From Corynebacterium glutamicum ATCC 13032 (lineage in GTDB: Bacteria > Actinomycetota > Actinomycetes > Mycobacteriales > Mycobacteriaceae): a DNA stretch of 32,000 nt. A program made the position numbers and the translations under genes. The notes below the pieces were generated by a model. It was given only the letters and a program-made list of their open reading frames with translations, did not search any database and had not been told where the DNA came from. The stretch lies in the NCBI RefSeq assembly GCF_000011325.1, contig NC_003450.3, positions 300,001 through 332,000 of the forward strand, read 5' to 3'. Numbering within the stretch: the stretch's first letter is position 1; every line of letters starts with the position of its first letter. Positions 17,897 to 26,691 of the stretch are shown in pieces.

Positions 17897-18468
17897 TTAC
17901 AGCACTAGTTCTTGCAGCAGTGGCCATGTTCCTCGGTTCACCCAACCCTGGAGTTCGCGGTGGATTGATAAGCCCCAAATCCGGTAAAAGCCTGCGTATC
18001 CGAGCTGGCCCAAAAAAGCTGGGCAACGCTGACCCAGTGGATGTCTCTGCAGATATCGAACTGTTTTCAGCGTGTTTGGATGCGGGTTTAAACACACGTG
18101 ATGCAGCGCAGGTGGTGGCTCATGTTGCAGCCATTACGCACCGCGAACTGTGGACACATGTGGTGGCATTGCTATCGATTGGAGTGAGTGCCCCTCAAGC
18201 ATTCGCCCTGATGGCAGGAGTTGATGGGCTGGATGAACTAGCCAATTTAGCCACCGTGTCGCACAGGTCGGGCAGTGCATTAAGTGATGGGTGCAGGAAC
18301 ATTTCCACCTCGTTGTTGGCCTCTGCTGGTGACAAGCGCACCGCCGCAGCAGAACGCGCAGGAGTGTTCATCGCCCTGCCACTTGCTCTGTGTTTCCTCC
18401 CCGCATTCATGATTGTCGGGCTTGCACCAGTGGTGCTCAGCTTGGGTACGCAACTTATCAATTTCTAG
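17893..18468 (+). CDS. tadC: TadC-like type II secretion system F-domain membrane protein
   Basis: ATGA overlap with tadB. N- and C-terminal TM helices flank a soluble domain. Confidence 0.75.
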   Translation: MITALVLAAVAMFLGSPNPGVRGGLISPKSGKSLRIRAGPKKLGNADPVDVSADIELFSACLDAGLNTRDAAQVVAHVAAITHRELWTHVVALLSIGVSAPQAFALMAGVDGLDELANLATVSHRSGSALSDGCRNISTSLLASAGDKRTAAAERAGVFIALPLALCFLPAFMIVGLAPVVLSLGTQLINF

Positions 18469-18491
18469 AAAACACACACAGGAGAAAAATC

Positions 18492-18692
18492 ATGTCCAAC
18501 AATCTCGAACTACTTCGACTTCGCACTCGCGCCATTCTTGCTCAAGACGATGGCCTCACCACCGTTGAATACGCCTTGGGAACTTTAGCTGCCGCAGCTT
18601 TGGCCGCTGTTTTATACATGGTGGTCAACAGCGACGCCGTGTCCTCGGCGTTCGAATCAATTATCAGCGATGCCTTGAGCGCACGACCGTAA
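18492..18692 (+). CDS. flp: Flp-like / DUF4244 pilin-type small protein (66 aa)
   Basis: RBS AGGAGAAAAATC. Class-III signal-like motif DDG|LTTVEYALGTLAAAALAAVL with Glu at +5. Confidence 0.75.
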   Translation: MSNNLELLRLRTRAILAQDDGLTTVEYALGTLAAAALAAVLYMVVNSDAVSSAFESIISDALSARP

Positions 18693-18695
18693 CCG

Positions 18696-19016
18696 ATGAG
18701 AACAAAACAGCAGCGTGAACCACCGGAACTGTGCAGCGACGATGGCTCTGTCAGTATCGAAGCAGCTCTCGCATTGTCATCGCTGGTGATCGTGTGCGGG
18801 TTGATCATTGCAGCAATGGCCACCTTGGCGGCGTATCTTGCAGCTGTTGATGCTGCCGGCGCTGCTGCCAGGGCGCATGCCATTGGGGAGAGCTTCGAAC
18901 CGGCACGAGGACACGTCGATATGCATGAAGCAGGGGGAATGCTCACCGCAACAGCCACTATCCCGGCACCGATTGGGCAGGTGAGCGCGAGTGCGGTGTT
19001 CCCGGTGGAAAACTAG
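18696..19016 (+). CDS. TadE-like pseudopilin
   Basis: DDG|SVSIEAALALSSLVIVCGLIIAA motif with Glu at +5. It sits directly after the flp-like gene. Confidence 0.7.
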   Translation: MRTKQQREPPELCSDDGSVSIEAALALSSLVIVCGLIIAAMATLAAYLAAVDAAGAAARAHAIGESFEPARGHVDMHEAGGMLTATATIPAPIGQVSASAVFPVEN

Positions 19017-19338
19017 CTGTGCAAATGACGAAGGCTACATGACCATCGCCAGCGCTGGTGTCGCCTCCATCCTCATTAGCCTGCTGGTGGTGCTGGCCTG
19101 GCAGGCGGGAAACCTCGTGGCCAGGGAACAAGCACAGGTAGCGGCCGATGTTTCAGCTGTTGCCGGAGCCTACGCCTTTGCCCGCGGGGAACTACCCGAC
19201 GCTGCCTGCGCCACCGCGAAACACACAGCCGAAGCAAACAACGCACAACTAGAAAACTGCGCAACAGAAGGGGAGGATCTCACGCTCACCGTCACCGTTC
19301 GTGGACAAGAAGCCCACGCAAAAGCAGGACCTTTATGA
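18991..19338 (+). CDS. Second TadE-like protein of the helicase/secretion neighbourhood (Rv3654c-like)
   Basis: Starting at ATG 18991, the N-terminus carries NDEG|YMTIASAGVASILISLLVV, parallel to the two upstream genes. ATG at 19039 is an alternative start. Confidence 0.6.
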   Translation: MRCSRWKTSCANDEGYMTIASAGVASILISLLVVLAWQAGNLVAREQAQVAADVSAVAGAYAFARGELPDAACATAKHTAEANNAQLENCATEGEDLTLTVTVRGQEAHAKAGPL

Positions 19339-21690
19339 GGTTCCCAACAAGGTCACCATCGCACCCAGTAACTTGATGGCACCTGCCTTATCCAACGGAT
19401 TGTTTCCATTGCCGCATTTCGGGGACTGCACACAGCTCGGGCACCCAGATTCACAGCTACAGCTGCGGACGACCTCAAATGTGGCCTCAATCCACTGGGC
19501 GAAACGTCGAAAACCAGTATCCGCAAAACCAGCTCCGCCGTCCATACCGTCATAGACAAACACAGTGGGGTAGCCCGTATCCGCATGAAGTGCCGTGGAT
19601 ACGCCGCCGATATCCCAACGATCACACGTCGCAAGCAGCGGCAACATACCAATCGCCGCATGCTCCGCTGCGTGAAGAGCACCGGGAATATCAGCGGCGG
19701 GAATGCCCATCGCTTCCAACGCCAACGGATCAATCGTGTACGCCACCGCACGAGTCTGAAGAATTTGAGGAGGAAGATACAACGGAGTCGCATCCAACGT
19801 GGTGCCATCACTAAGGCGGGTGACATAGCCAGTCACACGGTCGGTGACCTGCACCTCTACGTTGGCGACCCACAAACCACCACCAGCATCAAAAACCTCG
19901 TCCTCCAACGGGGCAGAGGTAATCCTGATGTCCGTGTCACTTCTGGCATAGGTGGTGTAATCAGGCAGCTCAGGCCTGGCCAGTGCCAGATTCTCCTCCA
20001 AATCCAACTCATCAATGACAAAGGATTCACCCTGGTGGAGATACACCGCGCCGGGATGAGTCTGCGACATCGCCTTCGCGGAATCGATGGTGCCTAACAA
20101 CCGGCCGTCAGTGATATCAACAATCATGAACTCCGAACCAGACCCACCACGCAAACTCACCTGCTGGTGTGCCGAATCAGGACTCAGCTCATCCGGATCC
20201 TCTGACATGGGCTTTTCCACCGCAAACCAGCCACGCGGACGCTTGCGCAACAGCCCTTCAATCTCGAGCTTCTCCACCACCTTTTGGGCACCAAACGCCG
20301 CGACCTCCGCCTCTGTCAGAGGCTTTTCCACCGCAGCGCAATAAACATGACCCCGAATAACATGCGGATTCGTCGGATCAAACACCGCAGCCTCAACCGG
20401 CTTCTCCAACAGGGCTGCCGGATGATGCACCAAATACGTATCCATCGGCTCATCACGAGCAACAAGCACCACCAACGAACCCTGCCCACGCCGACCAGCT
20501 CGCCCCGCCTGCTGCCAAAACGACGCCACAGTTCCTGGAAAACCAGCCGTGACCACAGCATCCAGTCCACCGACATCAATGCCCAGTTCAAGCGCATTGG
20601 TGGAAGCAACACCGAGGAGGGTGCCGTCGTCAAGCAATCTCTCCAACCTACGGCGGTCCTCCGCCAAGTACCCCGCCCGGTAGGACGCGACGCGCCGGGC
20701 GAAATCGGGGCGGCCCAGCGTGCTGAGCTCTTCCTGCGCGCGCAGGGCAACGATTTCTGCTTGTCGACGTGAACGGACGAACGTCAACGTGCGTGCACCC
20801 TCGGAAATGAGCGTGGCCATAATGTTTGCTGCTTCGGTGCTGGCTGCGCGACGCACCGGCGCGCCGTTCTCGCCCTCGGCGCCTTCGATGAAACCGGGCT
20901 CCCACAGCAAAACGGTGCGTTCACCCGTCGGGGCGCCATCTTCCGTCACTGCTTTAACCGGCGCGCCCAACAATCTGGAAGCATGAATTTCCGGATCGGA
21001 GCTGGTCGCGGACGCCAAAATGACCGTCGGGTGGGATCCATAAAACGCGGCGATGCGCAGTAGACGACGAAGCACCATCGACACGTTCGCGCCAAACACA
21101 CCACGGTAGGCATGGCATTCATCAATCACGATGAACTTCAAATGGCGCAACAACCTGGCCCAGCGGGGATGATTCGCCAGCATCGACGCATGCACCATAT
21201 CCGGATTGGTGAACACAAAACGACTCAAATCGCGGATGCCGGACCGCGCCTCGGAGGGGGTATCGCCATCGTAGGGCGCCGGATTAATCGGGTGGAAATC
21301 CGGAATGTCGCGCAGCAACGTGGACGTGGAGGTTAGCTGATCAGATCCCAAAGCCTTGGTGGGAGTTAGATACAACGCACAGGCGGTAGGATCCGTGCCG
21401 AGCGCTGACAAAATGGGCAGCTGATAACCCAAAGATTTTCCCGAAGATGTACCGGTGGCAACCACCACATGCTGGCCATTCCACGCCAGATGTGCGGTCT
21501 GCTCCTGGTGGGAAAAGAGCTTATTGATACCACGATTCACCAACGCATCGCGCAGGCTAGCAGGTACCCAACTCGGCCAATCGACGTATTTAGCTTTCGA
21601 TGCGGGCAACGTCACCATATGAGTGAGCGTCGATTCGGAGTAACGTTTGGAAACGATTGCGGCCAGCTCTTCACCAAAGCTGGGCCTCAT
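19333..21690 (-). CDS. DECH-box superfamily-2 helicase with a C-terminal DUF1998 4-Cys domain (YprA/MrfA-like, Rv3649-like)
   Basis: Walker A ATGTSSGKSLGY, DECH box (VIDECHAYRG), C-terminal CSCESGCPSCVQSPKCGNGN. The start is ambiguous: ATG at 21690, TTG at 21729 (after AAAGGGGG), or TTG at 21777 (track). Confidence 0.9.
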   Translation of the reverse strand: MRPSFGEELAAIVSKRYSESTLTHMVTLPASKAKYVDWPSWVPASLRDALVNRGINKLFSHQEQTAHLAWNGQHVVVATGTSSGKSLGYQLPILSALGTDPTACALYLTPTKALGSDQLTSTSTLLRDIPDFHPINPAPYDGDTPSEARSGIRDLSRFVFTNPDMVHASMLANHPRWARLLRHLKFIVIDECHAYRGVFGANVSMVLRRLLRIAAFYGSHPTVILASATSSDPEIHASRLLGAPVKAVTEDGAPTGERTVLLWEPGFIEGAEGENGAPVRRAASTEAANIMATLISEGARTLTFVRSRRQAEIVALRAQEELSTLGRPDFARRVASYRAGYLAEDRRRLERLLDDGTLLGVASTNALELGIDVGGLDAVVTAGFPGTVASFWQQAGRAGRRGQGSLVVLVARDEPMDTYLVHHPAALLEKPVEAAVFDPTNPHVIRGHVYCAAVEKPLTEAEVAAFGAQKVVEKLEIEGLLRKRPRGWFAVEKPMSEDPDELSPDSAHQQVSLRGGSGSEFMIVDITDGRLLGTIDSAKAMSQTHPGAVYLHQGESFVIDELDLEENLALARPELPDYTTYARSDTDIRITSAPLEDEVFDAGGGLWVANVEVQVTDRVTGYVTRLSDGTTLDATPLYLPPQILQTRAVAYTIDPLALEAMGIPAADIPGALHAAEHAAIGMLPLLATCDRWDIGGVSTALHADTGYPTVFVYDGMDGGAGFADTGFRRFAQWIEATFEVVRSCSCESGCPSCVQSPKCGNGNNPLDKAGAIKLLGAMVTLLGTS

Positions 21691-22006
21691 AGCTTGAGTC
21701 TTTTCACTCTCAAAATCGGGGGTAGTCAAGAATTTACCCCCTTTCGCTGGGCTGTATAAATGGGACTGACCTGCCAAAACGTAAAACTAATCCTAATAGA
21801 CTATCGCTTGGGCTTTAAACGTGAAAGACTTGTTCCCAGGTCGCAGTTTCAGTGCGCAGTGTTCAACGCTCGCAAGGATAGACGTGAGCGTTCGGCATTC
21901 ATACCGTCGGCGTTCGTTCAAGAAACGGCCAGATGTTGCTGTTCGAGCTCATGCAAGAGTGGAACATCGAACCCGGTAGTAATTCCAATCAGTAAAGGTA
22001 AGACAA

Positions 22007-22210
22007 ATGGCACAGGGCACTGTTAAGTGGTTCAACCCAGAGAAGGGCTTCGGCTTCATCGCTCCTTCCGACGGATCCGCTGACGTTTTCGTCCACTACT
22101 CCGAGATCGAGGGCAACGGCTTCCGTACCCTCGAGGAGAACCAGCTCGTCGAGTTCGAAATCGGCGAGGGCGCTAAGGGCCTTCAGGCTCAGGCTGTTCG
22201 TGCAATCTAA
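22007..22210 (+). CDS. cspA: Cold-shock protein (CSD family)
   Basis: 67 aa with RNP-1 KGFGFI and RNP-2 VFVHY. The roughly 230-nt upstream region is non-coding, consistent with a long csp 5' UTR. Confidence 0.97.
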   Translation: MAQGTVKWFNPEKGFGFIAPSDGSADVFVHYSEIEGNGFRTLEENQLVEFEIGEGAKGLQAQAVRAI

Positions 22211-22226
22211 TTGCATCTGAGTTCGA

Positions 22227-22259
22227 AACCGGTAACTTTTGTAAGTTGCCGGTTTTTTT
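22227..22259 (+). terminator. Rho-independent terminator of cspA
   Basis: AACCGGTAACTT-TTGT-AAGTTGCCGGTT (1 mismatch), followed by TTTTT. Confidence 0.8.
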
Positions 22260-22327
22260 AATACCTAAAACAGGTGGGGCTAGAAGGGCCGTTTTATTCG
22301 TCGGCGTGTTCTTCCATGCGTACTTTG

Positions 22328-22378
22328 GGCACCAAGATTTCGGGAAAATGGGGCCCAAATCGGAGAAATCTTGGTGCC
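22328..22378. repeat. Perfect 14-bp inverted repeat with a 23-nt spacer
   Basis: GGCACCAAGATTTC (22328-22341) and GAAATCTTGGTGCC (22365-22378). Confidence 0.9.
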
Positions 22379-22909
22379 GAATTCACACTCGTGCTGCGAT
22401 TGGCGGGAATCTGAATTTTTGCCACGGTGCAAAAATGAAATAACCCTCCCACATCCTCCCACGCGGGCTTGAGGTGGGAAAGTGTGCACAAATATCCAAC
22501 TGGGATTTCTAAGCCTTTAAAACGGCAACTGGAGTGAGCTACGGGGGTAGTGGATTTTCGTCCTGGAGTGAATTGGGGTTGGAATCTGCGCGGAAATCAC
22601 CCGAATATGGCTAGGGTGTGCAGGAGACCCCATTTATACTGTGTACCGTGTTAGGGAAACGCGTCGTGTAAAACTGTCGTGTACAACAACTTAAGACAGC
22701 ACACGAAGTGTATGTTCTTCCCCCGCGAAGAGCACCGGATTCAGTGAAAGCTACTCACTTGTGGTTATGCTTTCCAAGAGTGAACGTTTACATGTTCGAT
22801 AATTTTCGACATAGTGGGCACAGACACGCAATAAGAACAGTGGCTTTCTGAAGTGTTCTAAAAGGAACATGAAGGGGGTCAAGGCAGTTAACGAGAGGGA
22901 TGCATTCCC

Positions 22910-25900
22910 GTGGCAGATACCGCAGGCACCACAGGATCGAAAAAGAAGTACTTGGTGATCGTCGAGTCGGCGACCAAGGCTAAAAAGATTCAGCCTTACC
23001 TTGGCAACGACTACATCGTCGAGGCCTCCGTTGGTCATATTCGTGATCTGCCACGTGGCGCTGCTGACATCCCTGCAAAGTACAAGAAGGAGCCTTGGGC
23101 TCGTCTTGGTGTGGACACCGATCGCGGTTTCGCGCCGCTTTATGTGGTGAGCCCCGATAAAAAGAAGAAGGTCGCTGACCTCAAGGCGAAGCTCAAGCTC
23201 GTTGATGAGTTGCTGCTGGCAACAGACCCCGACCGTGAGGGCGAGGCGATTGCGTGGCATTTGCTTGAGGTGTTGAAGCCGACTGTTCCTGTGCGTCGCA
23301 TGGTGTTCAATGAGATCACGAAGCCTGCCATTTTGGCTGCGGCGGAAAACACTCGTGAGCTGGATGAGAACCTGGTGGATGCGCAGGAAACTCGTCGTAT
23401 TCTGGACCGTTTGTACGGCTATGAAGTCTCTCCTGTGCTGTGGAAAAAGGTCATGCCGAGGTTGTCGGCGGGCCGTGTGCAGTCGGTGGCAACCCGTGTG
23501 ATTGTTGAGCGGGAGCGCGAGCGCATGGCGTTCGTGTCGGCGGATTATTGGGATCTGTCGGCGGAGTTTAATGCGCGTGAAAACGGCAAGGCGGATTCGG
23601 ATAACCCGTCGTCGTTTACTGCGCGTTTGTCCACGATTGATGGAAACCGTGTTGCTCAAGGCCGTGATTTTAATGATCGGGGAGAGCTGACCTCGGAGGC
23701 TGTCGTCGTCGATAAGCAGCGTGCTGAGGCGTTAGCCGAGGCTTTGGAAGGCCAGGAAATGGCCGTCGTTGGGGTCGAGGAAAAGCCGTACACCCGTCGC
23801 CCTTATGCGCCGTTTATGACCTCTACGCTGCAGCAAGAGTCTGGCCGCAAGCTGCATTACACTTCTGAGCGCACGATGCGTATTGCGCAGCGCTTGTATG
23901 AAAACGGCCATATCACTTATATGCGTACTGACTCGACCTCGTTGTCGGAGCAGGGCATGAAGGCTGCGCGCGATCAGGCGTTGGAGCTGTACGGTGCGGA
24001 ATATGTTTCGCCGAGCCCACGTACCTATGACCGCAAGGTGAAGAACTCCCAGGAGGCCCACGAGGCGATTCGCCCAGCTGGTGAAACTTTTGCGACCCCG
24101 GGCCAGCTGCATGGCCAGTTGGATGCGGAAGAATTTAAGCTCTATGAGCTGATTTGGCAGCGCACTGTGGCCTCCCAGATGGCCGATGCCAAGGGCACGT
24201 CCATGAAGGTCACCATCGGTGGCACCGCGAAGACCGGCGAGAAGACTGAGTTCAACGCGACCGGCCGCACGCTGACTTTCCCTGGCTTCCTGCGCGCTTA
24301 CGTGGAAACCACCCGCACCGCCGATGGCCGCGACGTAGCTGACAACGCCGAAAAGCGTCTGCCACTGCTGTCTGAGGGCGATCTGCTCAAGGTTTTGAGC
24401 ATCGAAGCCGATGGTCACAGCACCAATCCACCTGCGCGCTACACAGAGGCGTCGCTGGTGAAGAAGATGGAAGATCTGGGCATCGGCCGTCCTTCCACTT
24501 ATGCATCGATCATTAAGACGATTCAGGATCGAGGCTACGTTTATTCGCGTGGCAATGCGCTGGTGCCGTCCTGGGTCGCGTTCGCCGTGGTCGGATTGCT
24601 TGAAGCCAACTTCACCTCGCTGGTGGATTACGATTTCACCTCCTCCATGGAAGATGAGCTGGACAACATCGCCGCAGGTCGCGAGGGCCGCACGGAGTGG
24701 CTCAACGGTTTCTACTTCGGCGATGCCGAAGCGGATCAGTCCATGGCTGAATCAGTTGCCCGCCAGGGCGGTTTGAAGGCGCTTGTCGACGCGAACCTGG
24801 AGCACATCGACGCGCGTTCAGTAAACTCACTCAAGCTTTTCGACGACGCCGAAGGCCGTGCCGTGAACGTTCGAGTCGGACGCTACGGTCCGTACATCGA
24901 GCGCATCGTGGGCACCACCGCGGAAGGCGAGCCAGAATTTCAGCGCGCCAACCTACCTGAGGAAACCACGCCTGATGAGCTGACCCTCGAGGTCGCTGAG
25001 AAGCTCTTCGCTACCCCACAAGGTGGACGTGAACTGGGCATTAACCCAGCAAACGGTCGCATGGTGGTGGCTAAGGAAGGCCGCTTTGGTCCATACGTGA
25101 TCGAGCAGGTCACGGACTCAGAGCGCGCTGGCGCCGAAGCCCAAGCAGAAGAAGTCGTTGCAGCGGAACGAAAAGCTGAAGACGAACAACGTGCCACCGA
25201 TGGAATGCGACCCAAGAACTGGGAAACCAAGACTGCCGCAAACCAGAAGGAAAAGCGCATCAACCAGCTGGTTGAGGAAAACCTCAAGCCAGCGACCGCA
25301 TCCCTGTTCAGCGGCATGGAACCTGCAACCGTGACCCTGGAAGAAGCCCTCAAGCTGCTGTCCCTGCCACGCGAAGTAGGTGTCGATCCTTCCGACAACG
25401 AAGTGATCACCGCTCAAAACGGACGATACGGCCCTTATCTGAAGAAGGGTAGCGACTCCCGTTCCCTCAACAGCGAAGAGCAGATCTTCACCGTCACTTT
25501 GGATGAGGCTCGCCGCATCTACGCCGAACCAAAGCGTCGTGGACGCGCCGCTGCTCAGCCACCACTGAAGCAACTTGGCGACAATGACGTTTCCGGCAAA
25601 CCAATGACCGTCAAGGACGGACGTTTCGGCCCATACGTCACCGACGGCACCACCAACGCGTCACTGCGCAAGGGCGATGTTCCAGAGTCCCTGACCGATG
25701 CGCGTGCCAACGAGTTACTTTCCGAGCGTCGTGCCAAGGAAGCAGCAGATGGCGGAGCTCCTGCGAAGAAGACGTCCACTAAAAAGACTGCAGCCAAGAA
25801 GACCACGGCTAAAAAGACAACAGCTAAGAAAACCGTGAGGAAGGCTCCGCCGAAAACCACCAAAAACGTGGTGAAGGCCGGCGCTAAGAAGAAGTCCTAA
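22910..25900 (+). CDS. topA: DNA topoisomerase I (type IA)
   Basis: GTG start. TOPRIM N-terminus (KYLVIVESATKAKKI). Four cysteine-free C-terminal G-R-[YF]-G-P-Y repeats. Lys-rich tail (KKTAAKKTTAKKTTAKKT), as is typical of actinobacterial TopA. Confidence 0.97.
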   Translation: MADTAGTTGSKKKYLVIVESATKAKKIQPYLGNDYIVEASVGHIRDLPRGAADIPAKYKKEPWARLGVDTDRGFAPLYVVSPDKKKKVADLKAKLKLVDELLLATDPDREGEAIAWHLLEVLKPTVPVRRMVFNEITKPAILAAAENTRELDENLVDAQETRRILDRLYGYEVSPVLWKKVMPRLSAGRVQSVATRVIVERERERMAFVSADYWDLSAEFNARENGKADSDNPSSFTARLSTIDGNRVAQGRDFNDRGELTSEAVVVDKQRAEALAEALEGQEMAVVGVEEKPYTRRPYAPFMTSTLQQESGRKLHYTSERTMRIAQRLYENGHITYMRTDSTSLSEQGMKAARDQALELYGAEYVSPSPRTYDRKVKNSQEAHEAIRPAGETFATPGQLHGQLDAEEFKLYELIWQRTVASQMADAKGTSMKVTIGGTAKTGEKTEFNATGRTLTFPGFLRAYVETTRTADGRDVADNAEKRLPLLSEGDLLKVLSIEADGHSTNPPARYTEASLVKKMEDLGIGRPSTYASIIKTIQDRGYVYSRGNALVPSWVAFAVVGLLEANFTSLVDYDFTSSMEDELDNIAAGREGRTEWLNGFYFGDAEADQSMAESVARQGGLKALVDANLEHIDARSVNSLKLFDDAEGRAVNVRVGRYGPYIERIVGTTAEGEPEFQRANLPEETTPDELTLEVAEKLFATPQGGRELGINPANGRMVVAKEGRFGPYVIEQVTDSERAGAEAQAEEVVAAERKAEDEQRATDGMRPKNWETKTAANQKEKRINQLVEENLKPATASLFSGMEPATVTLEEALKLLSLPREVGVDPSDNEVITAQNGRYGPYLKKGSDSRSLNSEEQIFTVTLDEARRIYAEPKRRGRAAAQPPLKQLGDNDVSGKPMTVKDGRFGPYVTDGTTNASLRKGDVPESLTDARANELLSERRAKEAADGGAPAKKTSTKKTAAKKTTAKKTTAKKTVRKAPPKTTKNVVKAGAKKKS

Positions 25901-25903
25901 AAC

Positions 25904-26617
25904 ATGCTGAACGGGTTCGTGACCAAAACACGCCAAGGTGCATCTGCGCTGGTGAAAGCCGTGTCGAAATCAGGGTCCGAACCCGAGCGGGCCGCCTTCG
26001 TGGCAGCGGCTGGTGCACATGTGTGCGCCAGCCTAATGGGGGTTTCCAAAGTAAAGACTCTGAGCAAACCCACCCTCATGCCACTTCTTGCAGGTAGGGT
26101 GCTGCGTTCTTCCTGTGGTTCTTTAGAAAAGGGTCTCGGGTTAGTTGGCCTTGCCAGTGGTTGGGTAGGGGATCTAGTGCTGATGAAGCCGGATTCACTG
26201 CCTAAAGGTGCGGCTGGTTTTGCCTTCAATCACGCCGCGTACATCGCATTGTTGCTGCGCAGGGGAGCTAGGCCAAGTGCGGTGCGTGCAGGAATCCGGG
26301 CAGTTCCTCTCCTGGGTGCCGCAGGTTTTGCAGCTATCCGTGAACCCAAAATGCTCCCCATCGTTCTTGGATACGGAGGCCTGTTAGCTACCACTTCCAT
26401 GCTGGCCGATGACTCTAAACTTCACGATTCTTCCAACCTCGCGAGCTTTGGAATGGGCCACGGTGGCAACTTATTCTTGATCTCTGATGCGGTACTTTTT
26501 GCCCGTGAGCTCTTCCTTGAGGATGGCACTGTTGCTGCACAATTCGCAGATGGAGCAGTGATGGGAACGTATACAATTGCTCAACTTTTGCTAGTAGATG
26601 GGTTGTTTTCGGACTAG
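25904..26617 (+). CDS. YhhN-family (lysoplasmalogenase-like) membrane protein
   Basis: Polytopic membrane protein with YhhN-like KPTLMPLL and GWVGDLVLM / FLISDAVLF motifs. It starts 4 nt after the topA stop. The N-terminal extent is uncertain. Confidence 0.7.
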   Translation: MLNGFVTKTRQGASALVKAVSKSGSEPERAAFVAAAGAHVCASLMGVSKVKTLSKPTLMPLLAGRVLRSSCGSLEKGLGLVGLASGWVGDLVLMKPDSLPKGAAGFAFNHAAYIALLLRRGARPSAVRAGIRAVPLLGAAGFAAIREPKMLPIVLGYGGLLATTSMLADDSKLHDSSNLASFGMGHGGNLFLISDAVLFARELFLEDGTVAAQFADGAVMGTYTIAQLLLVDGLFSD

Positions 26618-26634
26618 CTCATTGGTGTTGCCAA

Positions 26635-26677
26635 GAGAAAAATCCCCCGTCTCACAGTGTGAAACGGGGGATTTTTG
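26635..26677. terminator. Bidirectional terminator between the yhhN-like gene and cyaB
   Basis: AAAAATCCCCCGTCTCACA-G-TGTGAAACGGGGGATTTTT, a long GC-cored palindrome flanked by an A-run and a T-run. Confidence 0.8.
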
Positions 26678-26691
26678 CGTCGAAAAGCGTA

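Noticed and set aside
21760-22026. 88-aa + strand ORF upstream of and overlapping the cspA start
   Set aside because: It overlaps the cspA RBS and start in another frame and has no SD sequence. The region is better explained as the long cspA 5' UTR and promoter.
22751-23659. 302-aa minus-strand ORF
   Set aside because: It is antisense to the topA 5' region, is Arg-rich, and has no domain signature.
25750-25897. Repetitive AAGAAGAC/AAAAAGAC units at the topA 3' end
   Set aside because: They encode the Lys-rich KKTxAKKT tail, a well-known feature of actinobacterial topoisomerase I, not an independent element.
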